Below, piece after piece: positions 24,021-31,853 of a DNA stretch of 33,501 bases (within the stretch, counting starts at the first letter, position 1; every line of letters begins with the position of its first letter). The translations under genes were made by a program, and so were the position numbers. Under the pieces are notes generated by a model. That model was not told where the DNA came from, ran no database searches, and saw only the letters and a program-made list of their open reading frames with translations. The stretch lies in NCBI GenBank assembly GCA_036380275.1, contig DASVFB010000103.1, forward strand, positions 1-33,501, in the 5' to 3' direction. Source of the DNA: Gaiellaceae bacterium (GTDB lineage Bacteria; Actinomycetota; Thermoleophilia; Gaiellales; Gaiellaceae).

Positions 24021-24980
24021 GTGAAGGCGATTCGCATCCACGAGGACGGCGGACCGGAGGTGCTCCGCTACGAGGACGCGCCGGATCCCGTCGCGGGCTC
24101 AGGTCAAGTCCTCATCGAGCTGCGCGCGGCGTCGCTGAACCACCTCGACCTCTGGGTGCGCAAGGGGCTGCCTTCGGTGCCCAAGCCGCGCATCCTCGGC
24201 GCCGACGGCGCAGGGATTCGCGCAGACACGGGCGAGCGCGTCGTCATCAACCCGGGGCTCGAGCACGGGCGCGTGATCACCGTCGTCGGCGAGCACATGG
24301 ATGGAACGCATGCCGAGCTGATTGCGCTACCGGAGGCGAACGTCCACCCGATCCCCGACTCGCTCTCGTTCGAGGAAGCCGCCGCGTTCCCACTCGTCTT
24401 CGAGACGGCATGGCGAATGCTCGTGACGAAGGCCGACGTTCAGCCCGACGAATGGGTACTGATGTGGGGAATCGGCGGCGGCGTCGCCACGGCGTCGCTC
24501 GCGATCGTGAAGGCACTCGGCGCGCGCGCGATCGTCACGTCGTCGTCTGACGAAAAGCTCGCCCGCGCGCGCGAGCTCGGCGCCGACGCGACCGTGAACC
24601 ACGCGACGGAGGACGTCGCGGCGCGTGTAAAGGAGCTCACCGACGGCGGTGTGCACGTCGTCGTCGAGACAGTCGGCGCGGACACGTGGCAGACGTCCCT
24701 CGCTGCGTGCCGTCCTGCTGCGCGTGTGTGCGTGTGCGGCGCGACGTCGGGCCCGAACCCCCCGGCGAACCTGCACCGGATCTGGTGGAAGCAACTGACG
24801 GTCTACGGCTCGACGATGGGGACGACCGCCGACTTCGCTGCCGTGTTCGACCTCGTGAAGTCAGGACGCATCAAGCCGGTGGTCGACTCAGTTTTCCCGC
24901 TGAGCGAGGCGCGAGCCGCGCACGAACGCCTCGAAGCCGGCGAGCAGCTCGGAAAGATCGTGCTGCGTATTCCGGGCTAG
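24021..24980 (+). CDS. MDR-superfamily zinc-type alcohol dehydrogenase / quinone oxidoreductase
   Basis: 319 aa with a GTG start. Motifs include MKAIRIHE...GPEVLRYED, WGIGGGVATASLAIVKALGA (nucleotide-binding fold) and GKIVL at the C-terminus. Confidence 0.8.
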   Translation: MKAIRIHEDGGPEVLRYEDAPDPVAGSGQVLIELRAASLNHLDLWVRKGLPSVPKPRILGADGAGIRADTGERVVINPGLEHGRVITVVGEHMDGTHAELIALPEANVHPIPDSLSFEEAAAFPLVFETAWRMLVTKADVQPDEWVLMWGIGGGVATASLAIVKALGARAIVTSSSDEKLARARELGADATVNHATEDVAARVKELTDGGVHVVVETVGADTWQTSLAACRPAARVCVCGATSGPNPPANLHRIWWKQLTVYGSTMGTTADFAAVFDLVKSGRIKPVVDSVFPLSEARAAHERLEAGEQLGKIVLRIPG

Positions 24981-25279
24981 CCGAAGCCGAGAATGAACTT
25001 GGCGTCGTCCGACATCTTGTCGGGCGTCCAAGGCGGGTCCCAGGTGAGCTCGATCTCCACGTTCTCGACGCCGGGGACCTCAGACGCGACGCGGTGGATG
25101 TCCTCCTGGATCATGGGGCCGGCGGGGCAGCCCATCGACGTGAGGCTGTGAATGACCTTGACCTTCTCGCCGTCGATCTCGACGTCGTACAGCAGGCCGA
25201 GGTCGACGATGTCCATGCCGAGCTCGGGATCCTCGACCTGGCGCAGCGCTTCGATCACGTCGTCTTTTGTGAGAGCCAT
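24977..25279 (-). CDS. DUF59 / MIP18-family Fe-S cluster assembly protein (SufT/PaaD-like)
   Basis: Only the last 100 codons of the 818-aa track ORF are real: MALTKDDVIEALRQVEDPELGMDIVDLGLLYDV...SMGCPAGPMI...VEIELTWDPPWTPDKMSDDAK. Confidence 0.8.
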   Translation of the reverse strand: MALTKDDVIEALRQVEDPELGMDIVDLGLLYDVEIDGEKVKVIHSLTSMGCPAGPMIQEDIHRVASEVPGVENVEIELTWDPPWTPDKMSDDAKFILGFG

Positions 25280-25330
25280 GCGGCCAGTGTAGCCCTGGAC
25301 TGCGGTCGAGCCACGCGCGATCATTGCCGC

Positions 25331-27805
25331 GTGGCTCTCCCCGGCGGCACGGTCACGCTCCTGTTCAGCGACATCGAGGGATCGACACGTCTCCTCGATG
25401 CGCTCGGGGCTGCTTACCCGGAGGCGCTCGCCGAGCACCGGCGTCGGATTCGTGACGCAGTCGCTCACCACGGCGGTGTCGAGGTCGACACGCAGGGCGA
25501 TGCATTCCTCTGTGTTTTCAGAAGCGCTCGCGACGCAGTGCTCGCGGCCACCGCAGCGCAGACGTCTCTCGCCGAGACGCCCGTGCGCGTGCGGATGGGC
25601 ATCCACACGGGCGAGCCGGCGCTCACGGACGAGGGCTACGTCGGGCTCGACGTGCATCGCGGCGCGCGCATCTGCGCGGCGGCACACGGAGCACAGGTCA
25701 TCGTGTCGAGCACGACCCGCGAGCTCCTCGATGGAAGCGTCGAGCTCCGCGACCTTGGCGAACACAGGCTCAAGGATCTTGCCGAGGCGCAGCACCTCTA
25801 CCAGGTCGTCGCAAAGGAGCTGGAGCACGAGTTCCCGCCGCCGCGCTCGGAAACCGCGCCTTCGAACATCCCGCGTCCTGCCTCCCCGCTGATCGGAAGG
25901 TCGGATGAAATTTCCTCGCTCGTTCGGCTCGTGCGGGACGGCGCGCGGCTCGTCACACTGATCGGGCCGGGCGGCGCCGGCAAGACGCGTCTCGCGCTTG
26001 GCGTCGCCGACGAGCTCGTGGCGGACTTTCCGGACGGCGCGTTCTTCGTCGGTCTCGCGGCCGTCAACGACTCCGACCTCGTTCCGTCGATGATCGCCGG
26101 CGCGCTCGGCGTGAATCAGCTCAGCGGCCAGAGCCTCGCGCGACTTCTGAGTGCCAGACGCGTGCTCCTCGTCCTCGACAATCTCGAACATCTCCCCGAG
26201 GCGTCGCAGCACGTCGCGGGAGTTCTCGACGCGGGACTCGACGTCGTCGTGCTGGCCACGAGCCGCGCACCGCTGCGACTGAGCACCGAGCGGACCTTCG
26301 AAGTGCCTCCGCTCCCTGGCGACGACGCCGTCACGTTGTTCGTCGAGCGAGCGCAAGCTGTTGCGGCGCCCGAGATCGCGGAGATCTGCCGTCAGCTCGA
26401 TGGCCTGCCGCTGGCAATCGAGCTCGCAGCGGCGCAGGCGTCGGTCCTCCCGCTGACCGCGATTCTCGCGCGGCTCGAGCAGCGACTCGCGCTGCTGACG
26501 CGCGGCCCGCGCGACGTCTCCGAGCGTCAGCGCACGCTGCGCGCGACGATCGAGTGGAGCGTGGAACTCCTCGACGACGACGCGCGCCTGCTCTTTGCGC
26601 GGCTGTCTGTGTTCGCCGGCGGGTTCACGCTCGATGCCGCAGAAGCGGTTTGCGGAGATGTGCTCGAACCCCTCGCGACGCTTGTCGATCACAGCTTGTT
26701 GCGCCGGAGCGGCGAGCGGTTCGCGATGCTCGAGACCATCCGCGAGTTCGCAAGGAACAGCCTCGCCGAGAGCGCCGAGGAGGCCGATCTCCGCGAACGG
26801 CACACCGCGTACTTCACCGCCCTCGCCGAGACCGCATACGCCGGCCGGCTCGAGGCTGAGACGCGGTGGGCGGACTCGCTCGAGTCGGAGCTGGATAACC
26901 TGCGCGCCGCCCTCGATCGGATCGCGCCTTACGCGGCGCGGTCGCTTCAACTGGCCGGCGCGCTCGGTTGGTTCTTCCACCTGCATTCGCACCTCGCCGA
27001 AGGACGAGAGCGACTCACGGCCGCACTCGCCCACCCGGGCGGCGACCCGCGGCACCGAGCGCGTGCGCTCACCGGGGCCGGAACGATCGCCGGCTGGACA
27101 GGCGATCTCGGCAGCGCGCGCGAGCCGCTCGAGTCGGCGATCGCGCTCTGGCGTGAGCTCGACGAGCCGATCGAGACGGCGCTCGCGATCGAAGCTCTCG
27201 GCTGGGTGCTGTTCGCATGCGGAGAAGACGCCGAGTCGCTGGAGCGGTTCGATGAGGCGCTGGATCTTCAACGTTGCATCGGGAAGCCGTTGCTCGTCAA
27301 CCGAGCCCTCGTCGGCGTCTGCCAGCTGCTCGTCGCGGTGGGCGACACAGACGCGGTGGAACCGCGAGCGAACGAGCTGCTTGAGCTTGCGCGGCGCGAG
27401 GACGACGTGCGCTCGGAGCATTTCGCGCACCACTTCCTCGCCGACTGCGCGCTGATCCGCGGCGATGCCGTGACCGCCGACGGGCGGTACCGCCTCAGCC
27501 TGCAGGCGGCGCTGCCGCTCGGCGACGCGATCGAGACGAGCTTCGAGATCCAGGGGCTGGGCATGGCCGCGGCCGGGCTCGGCTACCCCGATCGGGCATT
27601 GCGGCTCGGCGGCGCGGCTGCGGCGATCTGGGAGGAGAAAGGCGCCGCGATCGACGTTCCGTTCTGGCTGGCGTTACTCGACAAGTGGTTCATGTACGCC
27701 CGCGAATCGCTGCCGGTGGCCGAAGGGGCGGACGCCTGGGAAGCCGGCCGCAGCCTCTCCTTCGAGCGCGCCATCGAGGAAGCGCTCGAGCCGGCTGCGC
27801 CATAG
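25331..27805 (+). CDS. Class III nucleotidyl-cyclase domain fused to a STAND/AAA NTPase and TPR-like repeats
   Basis: The start is set at GTG 25331. Motifs are GTVTLLFSDIEGSTRLL...QGDAFLCVF...VRMGIHTGE...GLDVHRGARI (cyclase fold), LIGPGGAGKTRLA (Walker A), VLLVLDNLEH (Walker B), and a helical-repeat C-terminal half. No LuxR or other DNA-binding domain is visible. Confidence 0.8.
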   Translation: MALPGGTVTLLFSDIEGSTRLLDALGAAYPEALAEHRRRIRDAVAHHGGVEVDTQGDAFLCVFRSARDAVLAATAAQTSLAETPVRVRMGIHTGEPALTDEGYVGLDVHRGARICAAAHGAQVIVSSTTRELLDGSVELRDLGEHRLKDLAEAQHLYQVVAKELEHEFPPPRSETAPSNIPRPASPLIGRSDEISSLVRLVRDGARLVTLIGPGGAGKTRLALGVADELVADFPDGAFFVGLAAVNDSDLVPSMIAGALGVNQLSGQSLARLLSARRVLLVLDNLEHLPEASQHVAGVLDAGLDVVVLATSRAPLRLSTERTFEVPPLPGDDAVTLFVERAQAVAAPEIAEICRQLDGLPLAIELAAAQASVLPLTAILARLEQRLALLTRGPRDVSERQRTLRATIEWSVELLDDDARLLFARLSVFAGGFTLDAAEAVCGDVLEPLATLVDHSLLRRSGERFAMLETIREFARNSLAESAEEADLRERHTAYFTALAETAYAGRLEAETRWADSLESELDNLRAALDRIAPYAARSLQLAGALGWFFHLHSHLAEGRERLTAALAHPGGDPRHRARALTGAGTIAGWTGDLGSAREPLESAIALWRELDEPIETALAIEALGWVLFACGEDAESLERFDEALDLQRCIGKPLLVNRALVGVCQLLVAVGDTDAVEPRANELLELARREDDVRSEHFAHHFLADCALIRGDAVTADGRYRLSLQAALPLGDAIETSFEIQGLGMAAAGLGYPDRALRLGGAAAAIWEEKGAAIDVPFWLALLDKWFMYARESLPVAEGADAWEAGRSLSFERAIEEALEPAAP

Positions 27806-27815
27806 CCCAAGCTGA

Positions 27816-27844
27816 CCTGTCCCAGGGACAGTCCCTCGGACAGG
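27816..27844. repeat. 29-nt near-perfect palindrome (family C) in a convergent intergenic region
   Basis: CCTGTCCCAGGGAC-A-GTCCCTCGGACAGG, with one C/C mismatch. Confidence 0.7.
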
Positions 27845-27852
27845 AGCGGCAC

Positions 27853-27887
27853 GGACATGCCCCAGGGACTGTCCCTCGGACGTGTCC
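27853..27887. repeat. Second, longer imperfect palindrome of the same family
   Basis: GGACATGCCCCAGGGAC-T-GTCCCTCGGACGTGTCC. It shares the 21-nt core CCCAGGGAC(A/T)GTCCCTCGGAC with 27821-27841, 40 nt away. Confidence 0.7.
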
Positions 27888-28892
27888 TTACAAGCCGTAG
27901 AGGCGGACTTCTTCCCGCTTTTGGCGGCGGAAGAAGTGGATGCCGTCGATGAAGCGGACCCAGTTGCAGCGCGTGCACATTACGAGCGAGTGCGAGCGCG
28001 CGCTGTCGGCGAGGTAGCGAACTCCTCGCAGCAGGTCGCCGTTCGAGACGCCGGTCGCCGCGACGATCGTCTCGCCCGGCGCAAGCTCCTCGGTCTTGAA
28101 GACGTGACCGTCGTCGATGCCTTGCTCGCGCGCCTGCTCGATCTCGCTCCGCGTCGTCGGCCACAGCTGCGCCTACAGCTCGCCGCCGAGACAGCGAAGC
28201 GCTGCCGCCGTGAGCACGGCCTGCCGCGTGCCGCCGATGCCGACCGCGAGATGGTCGTTCGTCCCGCGGATCGCTGCGGAGATCGATGCGGTCACATCGC
28301 CGTCCTGGATCAGCTTGATCCGCGCGCCTGCGGCTCGGATCTCCTCGATCAGGTCGTGGTGCCGCGGCCGGTCGAGGACGATCGTCGTGATGTCGTTGAC
28401 GCGCCGTTCGAACGCCTCGGCGATCGCCTCGATGTTCGCGGCCATCGGGCCGTTGATGTCGATCTTTCCGCGCGCACGAGGGCCAACCGCCATCTTGCGC
28501 ATGTACATATCGGGGAGCGTGACGAGCGAGCCCGCCTCGCCGACGGCGATCATCGACATCGCACCGTGGCCACCACGCGCGACGATGCTGCGACCTTCGA
28601 GTGGATCGAGCGCGAGATCGTAGGGTCGCTCCCCGCGGCCGACGACCGTGCCGTGCGCCAGCGATCCCCCCTCGGCGCCGATCACGATGCGACCCTGGAT
28701 CGGGAGCTCTGCGAGCGTTCGCGCCATGCCGGCGGTCGCGGCTTCCTCGGCGGCCTGCTGGTCGTCGCGGCCGAGCCAGCGCGCCGCTGCGAGCGCGGCC
28801 CGCTCGGTGCAGCGGGCGAAGGACTCGCAGTCGCAGGGCTCGCTCGGCTCGACGTGCTCGTCTTCGACCTGATGCTCGACCGTCTCGGTCAT
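27888..28892 (-). pseudogene. glpX: Class II fructose-1,6-bisphosphatase GlpX interrupted by one in-frame TAG (28173-28175)
   Basis: The N-terminal 239 codons are in the track (ALDPLEG, LPDMYMRKMAVGP, DRPRHHDLI, IQDGDV, GIGGTRQAVLTAAALRCLGGEL). Hand translation past the TAG in the same frame gives AQLWPTTRSEIEQAREQGIDDGHVFKTEELAPGETIVAATGVSNGDLLRGVRYLADSARSHSLVMCTRCNWVRFIDGIHFFRRQKREEVRLYGL, ending at TAA 27890-27888. The total of 334 codons is a normal GlpX length. Confidence 0.85.
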
Positions 28893-29500
28893 ACGCGCTC
28901 CAACTCGGCCGCCCGCTCGAGCACGAGCTCGATCACGGCGCTGATCGTGTCGTCGACGTTCGTATTCTCGATCACCGGTACGTCCGTTTCCCGCGCCCGC
29001 CCGACGATGAACTCCTGAAGCCGCCTGATGTCGTCCAGGCGATCCAGGTACTTCTTCACCGGCCTCAGACCTGCGGAAGCTGCGTCGCGGATCCAGAAAT
29101 GCGCCGCGTGCGCCTTCTCGTCCTGAATCGAGAGCACGCACTGGACGACCGTCGCGTCGTCCCTGGGCCCGAAGACCATGCCAGGCATGAGATGAACGCC
29201 CTCGAGCACCATCGACCATCCCTCTTGCAGCGCCCGCTCGATCGTCGCCTCGACCGCGATCAGCACGTTGGTCGTCTGGTCGAGGAAGCCGTCGATCATC
29301 GACTCGCCCGACCCGGCGTCGAAGCTGGAGCGGTGGATCGACGGCAGGTACTCCTCCGCAAAGAACGCGCGCAGCGTCTGACGCACAACGTCCGTGGACG
29401 TGACGCGGTTGATGCCGAGGCGGTACGCGACCTCCGTGGCGACGGTCGACTTGCCGGTGCCCGTCGCACCGCCGATCAGCAGGATGATCGGCTTGGTCAC
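28889..29500 (-). CDS. 2-phosphoglycerate kinase (P-loop kinase domain only)
   Basis: 203 aa with a GTG start. IILLIGGATGTGKSTVATEVAYRLGINRVTSTDVVRQTLRAF...LPSIHRSSFDA matches my recollection of the archaeal 2PGK kinase domain. There are GTGA and ATGA overlaps with its neighbours. Confidence 0.65.
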   Translation of the reverse strand: MTKPIILLIGGATGTGKSTVATEVAYRLGINRVTSTDVVRQTLRAFFAEEYLPSIHRSSFDAGSGESMIDGFLDQTTNVLIAVEATIERALQEGWSMVLEGVHLMPGMVFGPRDDATVVQCVLSIQDEKAHAAHFWIRDAASAGLRPVKKYLDRLDDIRRLQEFIVGRARETDVPVIENTNVDDTISAVIELVLERAAELERV

Positions 29501-30645
29501 ACCGGTACTTGCTGCGGTAGGAGAGAGAGCACGGCGTCGTCGAGGCCGTCGCCTGTGACGTCGTTCGCTGCGAGAACGAGCTCCACGCCGCGCGTTGAGG
29601 CGGCTTCGGCGACGACGTCGATCGCGGCCGCCTTGAGTTCGACGAGGTAGACGTCCGCGTCGAGCCGCTCGAGCTCAGCGCGCAACGCGTCGCGGTTCGC
29701 GAGATTGCGCGAGACGTGGACGATGTCCGCGTCCAGATGCTGGACAGGCGCGTGCCCAGTCGTGAAGACGGCCGTGCGACGGCCCTGCAGCGGCTCCATC
29801 GCGCGCAGGCGCAGGTCGACGCGGACGTCCGCACCCGGGACGTCTCCGATGCCGACGACGAGATCCGAGATGGCGACGCGGAACGGGTTCAGATACGCGC
29901 CCAGATCGTGGGCGCGAGTCGTGACGAGGATGCGCGCGGACGTCGCGACGGGAGGAATGGCGGCGCCGCTGCCGTCGAAGACGACTACATCTGGATCGAG
30001 CGTGCGCGCGAGCTCGGCGCCCGCTGCGACGTTCGAGTCCGACACGGCGCCGGCGAGGCCGCCACCGGCGCGGCGGCAGCCGATCGTCGTGACGCCGGAC
30101 AGCGCGGCCGTCTCGAGATGGTCGGAGGCGGCGTGACGCCCGGAGCGAGAGAGGGCGAGCAACTCGTCGACGCCCGGCTGCGCCTCCACAAGCTCCGGCT
30201 CCGGGGGTCCCCCGCGGCCCATGGCCACGACGACGACGCGGCGGTCGCGCGCGAGCAGCCGTGCGACGTGCGCTGTGACGGCCGTCTTCCCAACGCGCTT
30301 GCCGGGCCCGATGATCGAAAGCGACGGCAGGCCGAAAGGCTCCAGCTGTGGCGGGTCGAAGCGGAAGTCGGCGCCGACGTACGGCAGCCCGAGCACGAGC
30401 GCGCTCGACGCGACCCGGAAGCGCTCCGGCGGCGACAGTACGGGCTCGTCGGAGAGATCGACGACAAGGTCCGCGGCGACGGCGTCGAGTCGGTCGACGA
30501 GCGGCACGCCGTAATCCTCTCCTCCGCGCAGCTTCTCGGTGCCGCCGACGAGCAGCGCGCCGACGAAGTCGTACGGCAGCGCCGCGAGCGCATCGCGCAC
30601 CACGGGCGCGTAGTGCTCCCCATCGATGACCGCGATCGCTCTCAA
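29497..30645 (-). CDS. cpgS: Cyclic 2,3-diphosphoglycerate synthetase-like protein
   Basis: About 382 aa from TTG 30645, which overlaps the upstream stop as TTGA. Motifs include AIAVIDGEHYAPVVRDAL, IIGPGKRVGKTAVTAHVARLL, VVVAMGRGGPPEPE, RSGRHAASDHLE and VVFDGSGAAIPPV. The upstream 137 codons of the track ORF are Arg-rich out-of-frame sequence overlapping the phosphoesterase gene. Confidence 0.6.
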   Translation of the reverse strand: MRAIAVIDGEHYAPVVRDALAALPYDFVGALLVGGTEKLRGGEDYGVPLVDRLDAVAADLVVDLSDEPVLSPPERFRVASSALVLGLPYVGADFRFDPPQLEPFGLPSLSIIGPGKRVGKTAVTAHVARLLARDRRVVVVAMGRGGPPEPELVEAQPGVDELLALSRSGRHAASDHLETAALSGVTTIGCRRAGGGLAGAVSDSNVAAGAELARTLDPDVVVFDGSGAAIPPVATSARILVTTRAHDLGAYLNPFRVAISDLVVGIGDVPGADVRVDLRLRAMEPLQGRRTAVFTTGHAPVQHLDADIVHVSRNLANRDALRAELERLDADVYLVELKAAAIDVVAEAASTRGVELVLAANDVTGDGLDDAVLSLLPQQVPV

Positions 30646-31436
30646 GGCGCCCTCACTTCGTCCTCGATGCGGTCTGTGTACTTCTCGTATTCGCGTGTGA
30701 CGGTGGAGAACTGGATGATCTTCTCCTGCCCGTGGTACGGGTAGCGGCGCCACACGTCCACGTGCGACTCCTGCACCTCGATCACGTTGTAACAGGGTCG
30801 CGTGTGGCCGCGGAGCCGAAGCGAGGAGACGGTGCCCGCGTTGACGATGAACAGGTTCTCGAGCTTCCACGCGTACGGCACGTGCTTGTGCCCGCAGAGG
30901 ACGAGGTCGACGCCGGAACGCTGCAGGCATTCGATCGCGTCGCCGGCGTCGTAGACGATGTTGCGCTCGCGCCCGGTTCCGGGGACGGGCAGCAGGTGAT
31001 GGTGAAGGACGAAGATGCGCAGGTCGGCTGGGTCGGAGAACTGCTCCTCGATCCACGGGTAGCGACCACGTCCGATCTGCCCGTGGTCGAGATCCGGCTC
31101 TGTCGAGTCGACGGCGACGATCGTGACGCCGTTCTTGCGCAGAACCGAACTGCGGCTACCGAAGAGGTCGTCGAAGTGCACATAGCCGACGTTGCGCGAG
31201 TCGTGATTGCCCGGGATGACGACGAGCGATTCGCACTCGATCTTGTCGAGGTACTCGCGCGACTGCTGGTATTCGGGGCGGAAGCCGTAGCTCGTGAGGT
31301 CACCCGTGCAGACGACGACCTCGGGCTCGAGGTCGTTGATCTCGTCGATCGCGCGCTCGAGCAGGCTGGGCACGAAGTAAGGGCTCCCGCAATGCAGGTC
31401 GGAGATGTGGGCGATCCGGAAGCAGCCGTCCTGCAT
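30642..31436 (-). CDS. Calcineurin-like metallophosphoesterase
   Basis: 264 aa from ATG 31436: FRIAHISDLHCG, VVCTGDLTS, VIPGNHD, FVLHHHLLP and VLCGHKHV, the canonical DxH / GD / GNHD / H / GH motifs. Confidence 0.85.
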   Translation of the reverse strand: MQDGCFRIAHISDLHCGSPYFVPSLLERAIDEINDLEPEVVVCTGDLTSYGFRPEYQQSREYLDKIECESLVVIPGNHDSRNVGYVHFDDLFGSRSSVLRKNGVTIVAVDSTEPDLDHGQIGRGRYPWIEEQFSDPADLRIFVLHHHLLPVPGTGRERNIVYDAGDAIECLQRSGVDLVLCGHKHVPYAWKLENLFIVNAGTVSSLRLRGHTRPCYNVIEVQESHVDVWRRYPYHGQEKIIQFSTVTREYEKYTDRIEDEVRAP

Positions 31437-31463
31437 CTGGTCTGCGAAGTCTAGGCTCAAGGC

Positions 31464-31490
31464 TGTCGATCCCGGCAATCCCCGTTCGTC
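31464..31490 (+). promoter_or_regulatory. Candidate ECF42-type promoter upstream of the YCII gene
   Basis: TGTCGA (31464-31469), a 17-nt spacer, then CGTC (31487-31490), about 30 nt upstream of the AGGAG RBS. This matches my recollection of the TGTCGA/CGTC motif reported for ECF42 target promoters. Confidence 0.35.
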
Positions 31491-31520
31491 GTCTTGCCGA
31501 ATCCGACGAAAGGAGATCTC

Positions 31521-31853
31521 GTGCAGTACATGCTTCTCATCTACTCGAACGAGAACGGCGACCCGCCCGAGGAGGACGTGATCCAGCGGTACGGCGCGTT
31601 CACGAAGGAGGTCCAGGAAAACGGCAAGCTCGTGACCGCCGACCGGCTCCGGCCCGTCGCGGCCGCGACCACCGTCCGCATCCGCAACGGCGAGACGCTC
31701 GTCACGGACGGGCCGTTCGCCGAGACGAAGGAGCAGCTCGGCGGCTACTACGTCCTCGAGTGCGAGAACATCGACGAAGCGCTCACGTACGCCGCGAAAA
31801 TCCCGGCTGCGGAGCACGGCTCGGTCGAGGTGCGTCCGGTCTGGGCGATGTAG
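31521..31853 (+). CDS. YCII-related (DGPF) domain protein
   Basis: VQYMLLIY...GKLVTADRLRP...TDGPFAETKEQLGGYYVLEC.... The GTG at 31521 lies 5 nt after AGGAG (31511-31515). Confidence 0.8.
   Translation: MQYMLLIYSNENGDPPEEDVIQRYGAFTKEVQENGKLVTADRLRPVAAATTVRIRNGETLVTDGPFAETKEQLGGYYVLECENIDEALTYAAKIPAAEHGSVEVRPVWAM

Noticed and set aside
25280-27433. Upstream 718 codons of the 818-aa minus-strand ORF 24977-27433.
   Set aside because: It is antisense to the well-supported cyclase-STAND gene and has Arg/Glu-rich low-complexity composition. Only the last 100 codons (DUF59 protein) carry recognisable motifs and a sensible ATG.
27821-27881. Two 21-nt repeats spaced 40 nt apart, considered as a mini CRISPR array.
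   Set aside because: There are only two copies. The repeats are themselves palindromes nested in larger hairpins, there are no cas genes, and they sit in a convergent terminator-like gap.
27882-29018. 378-aa plus-strand ORF.
   Set aside because: It is antisense to glpX and the start of the 2PGK gene, and the minus-strand products have strong family signatures.
28893-29834. N-terminal 314 codons of the 553-aa minus ORF 28173-29834, and likewise 30646-31056 and 31437-31817 of the next two track ORFs.
   Set aside because: These are out-of-frame read-throughs of the upstream genes in the operon and are Arg-rich. Real starts are placed where family-typical N-termini and 4-nt overlaps occur.
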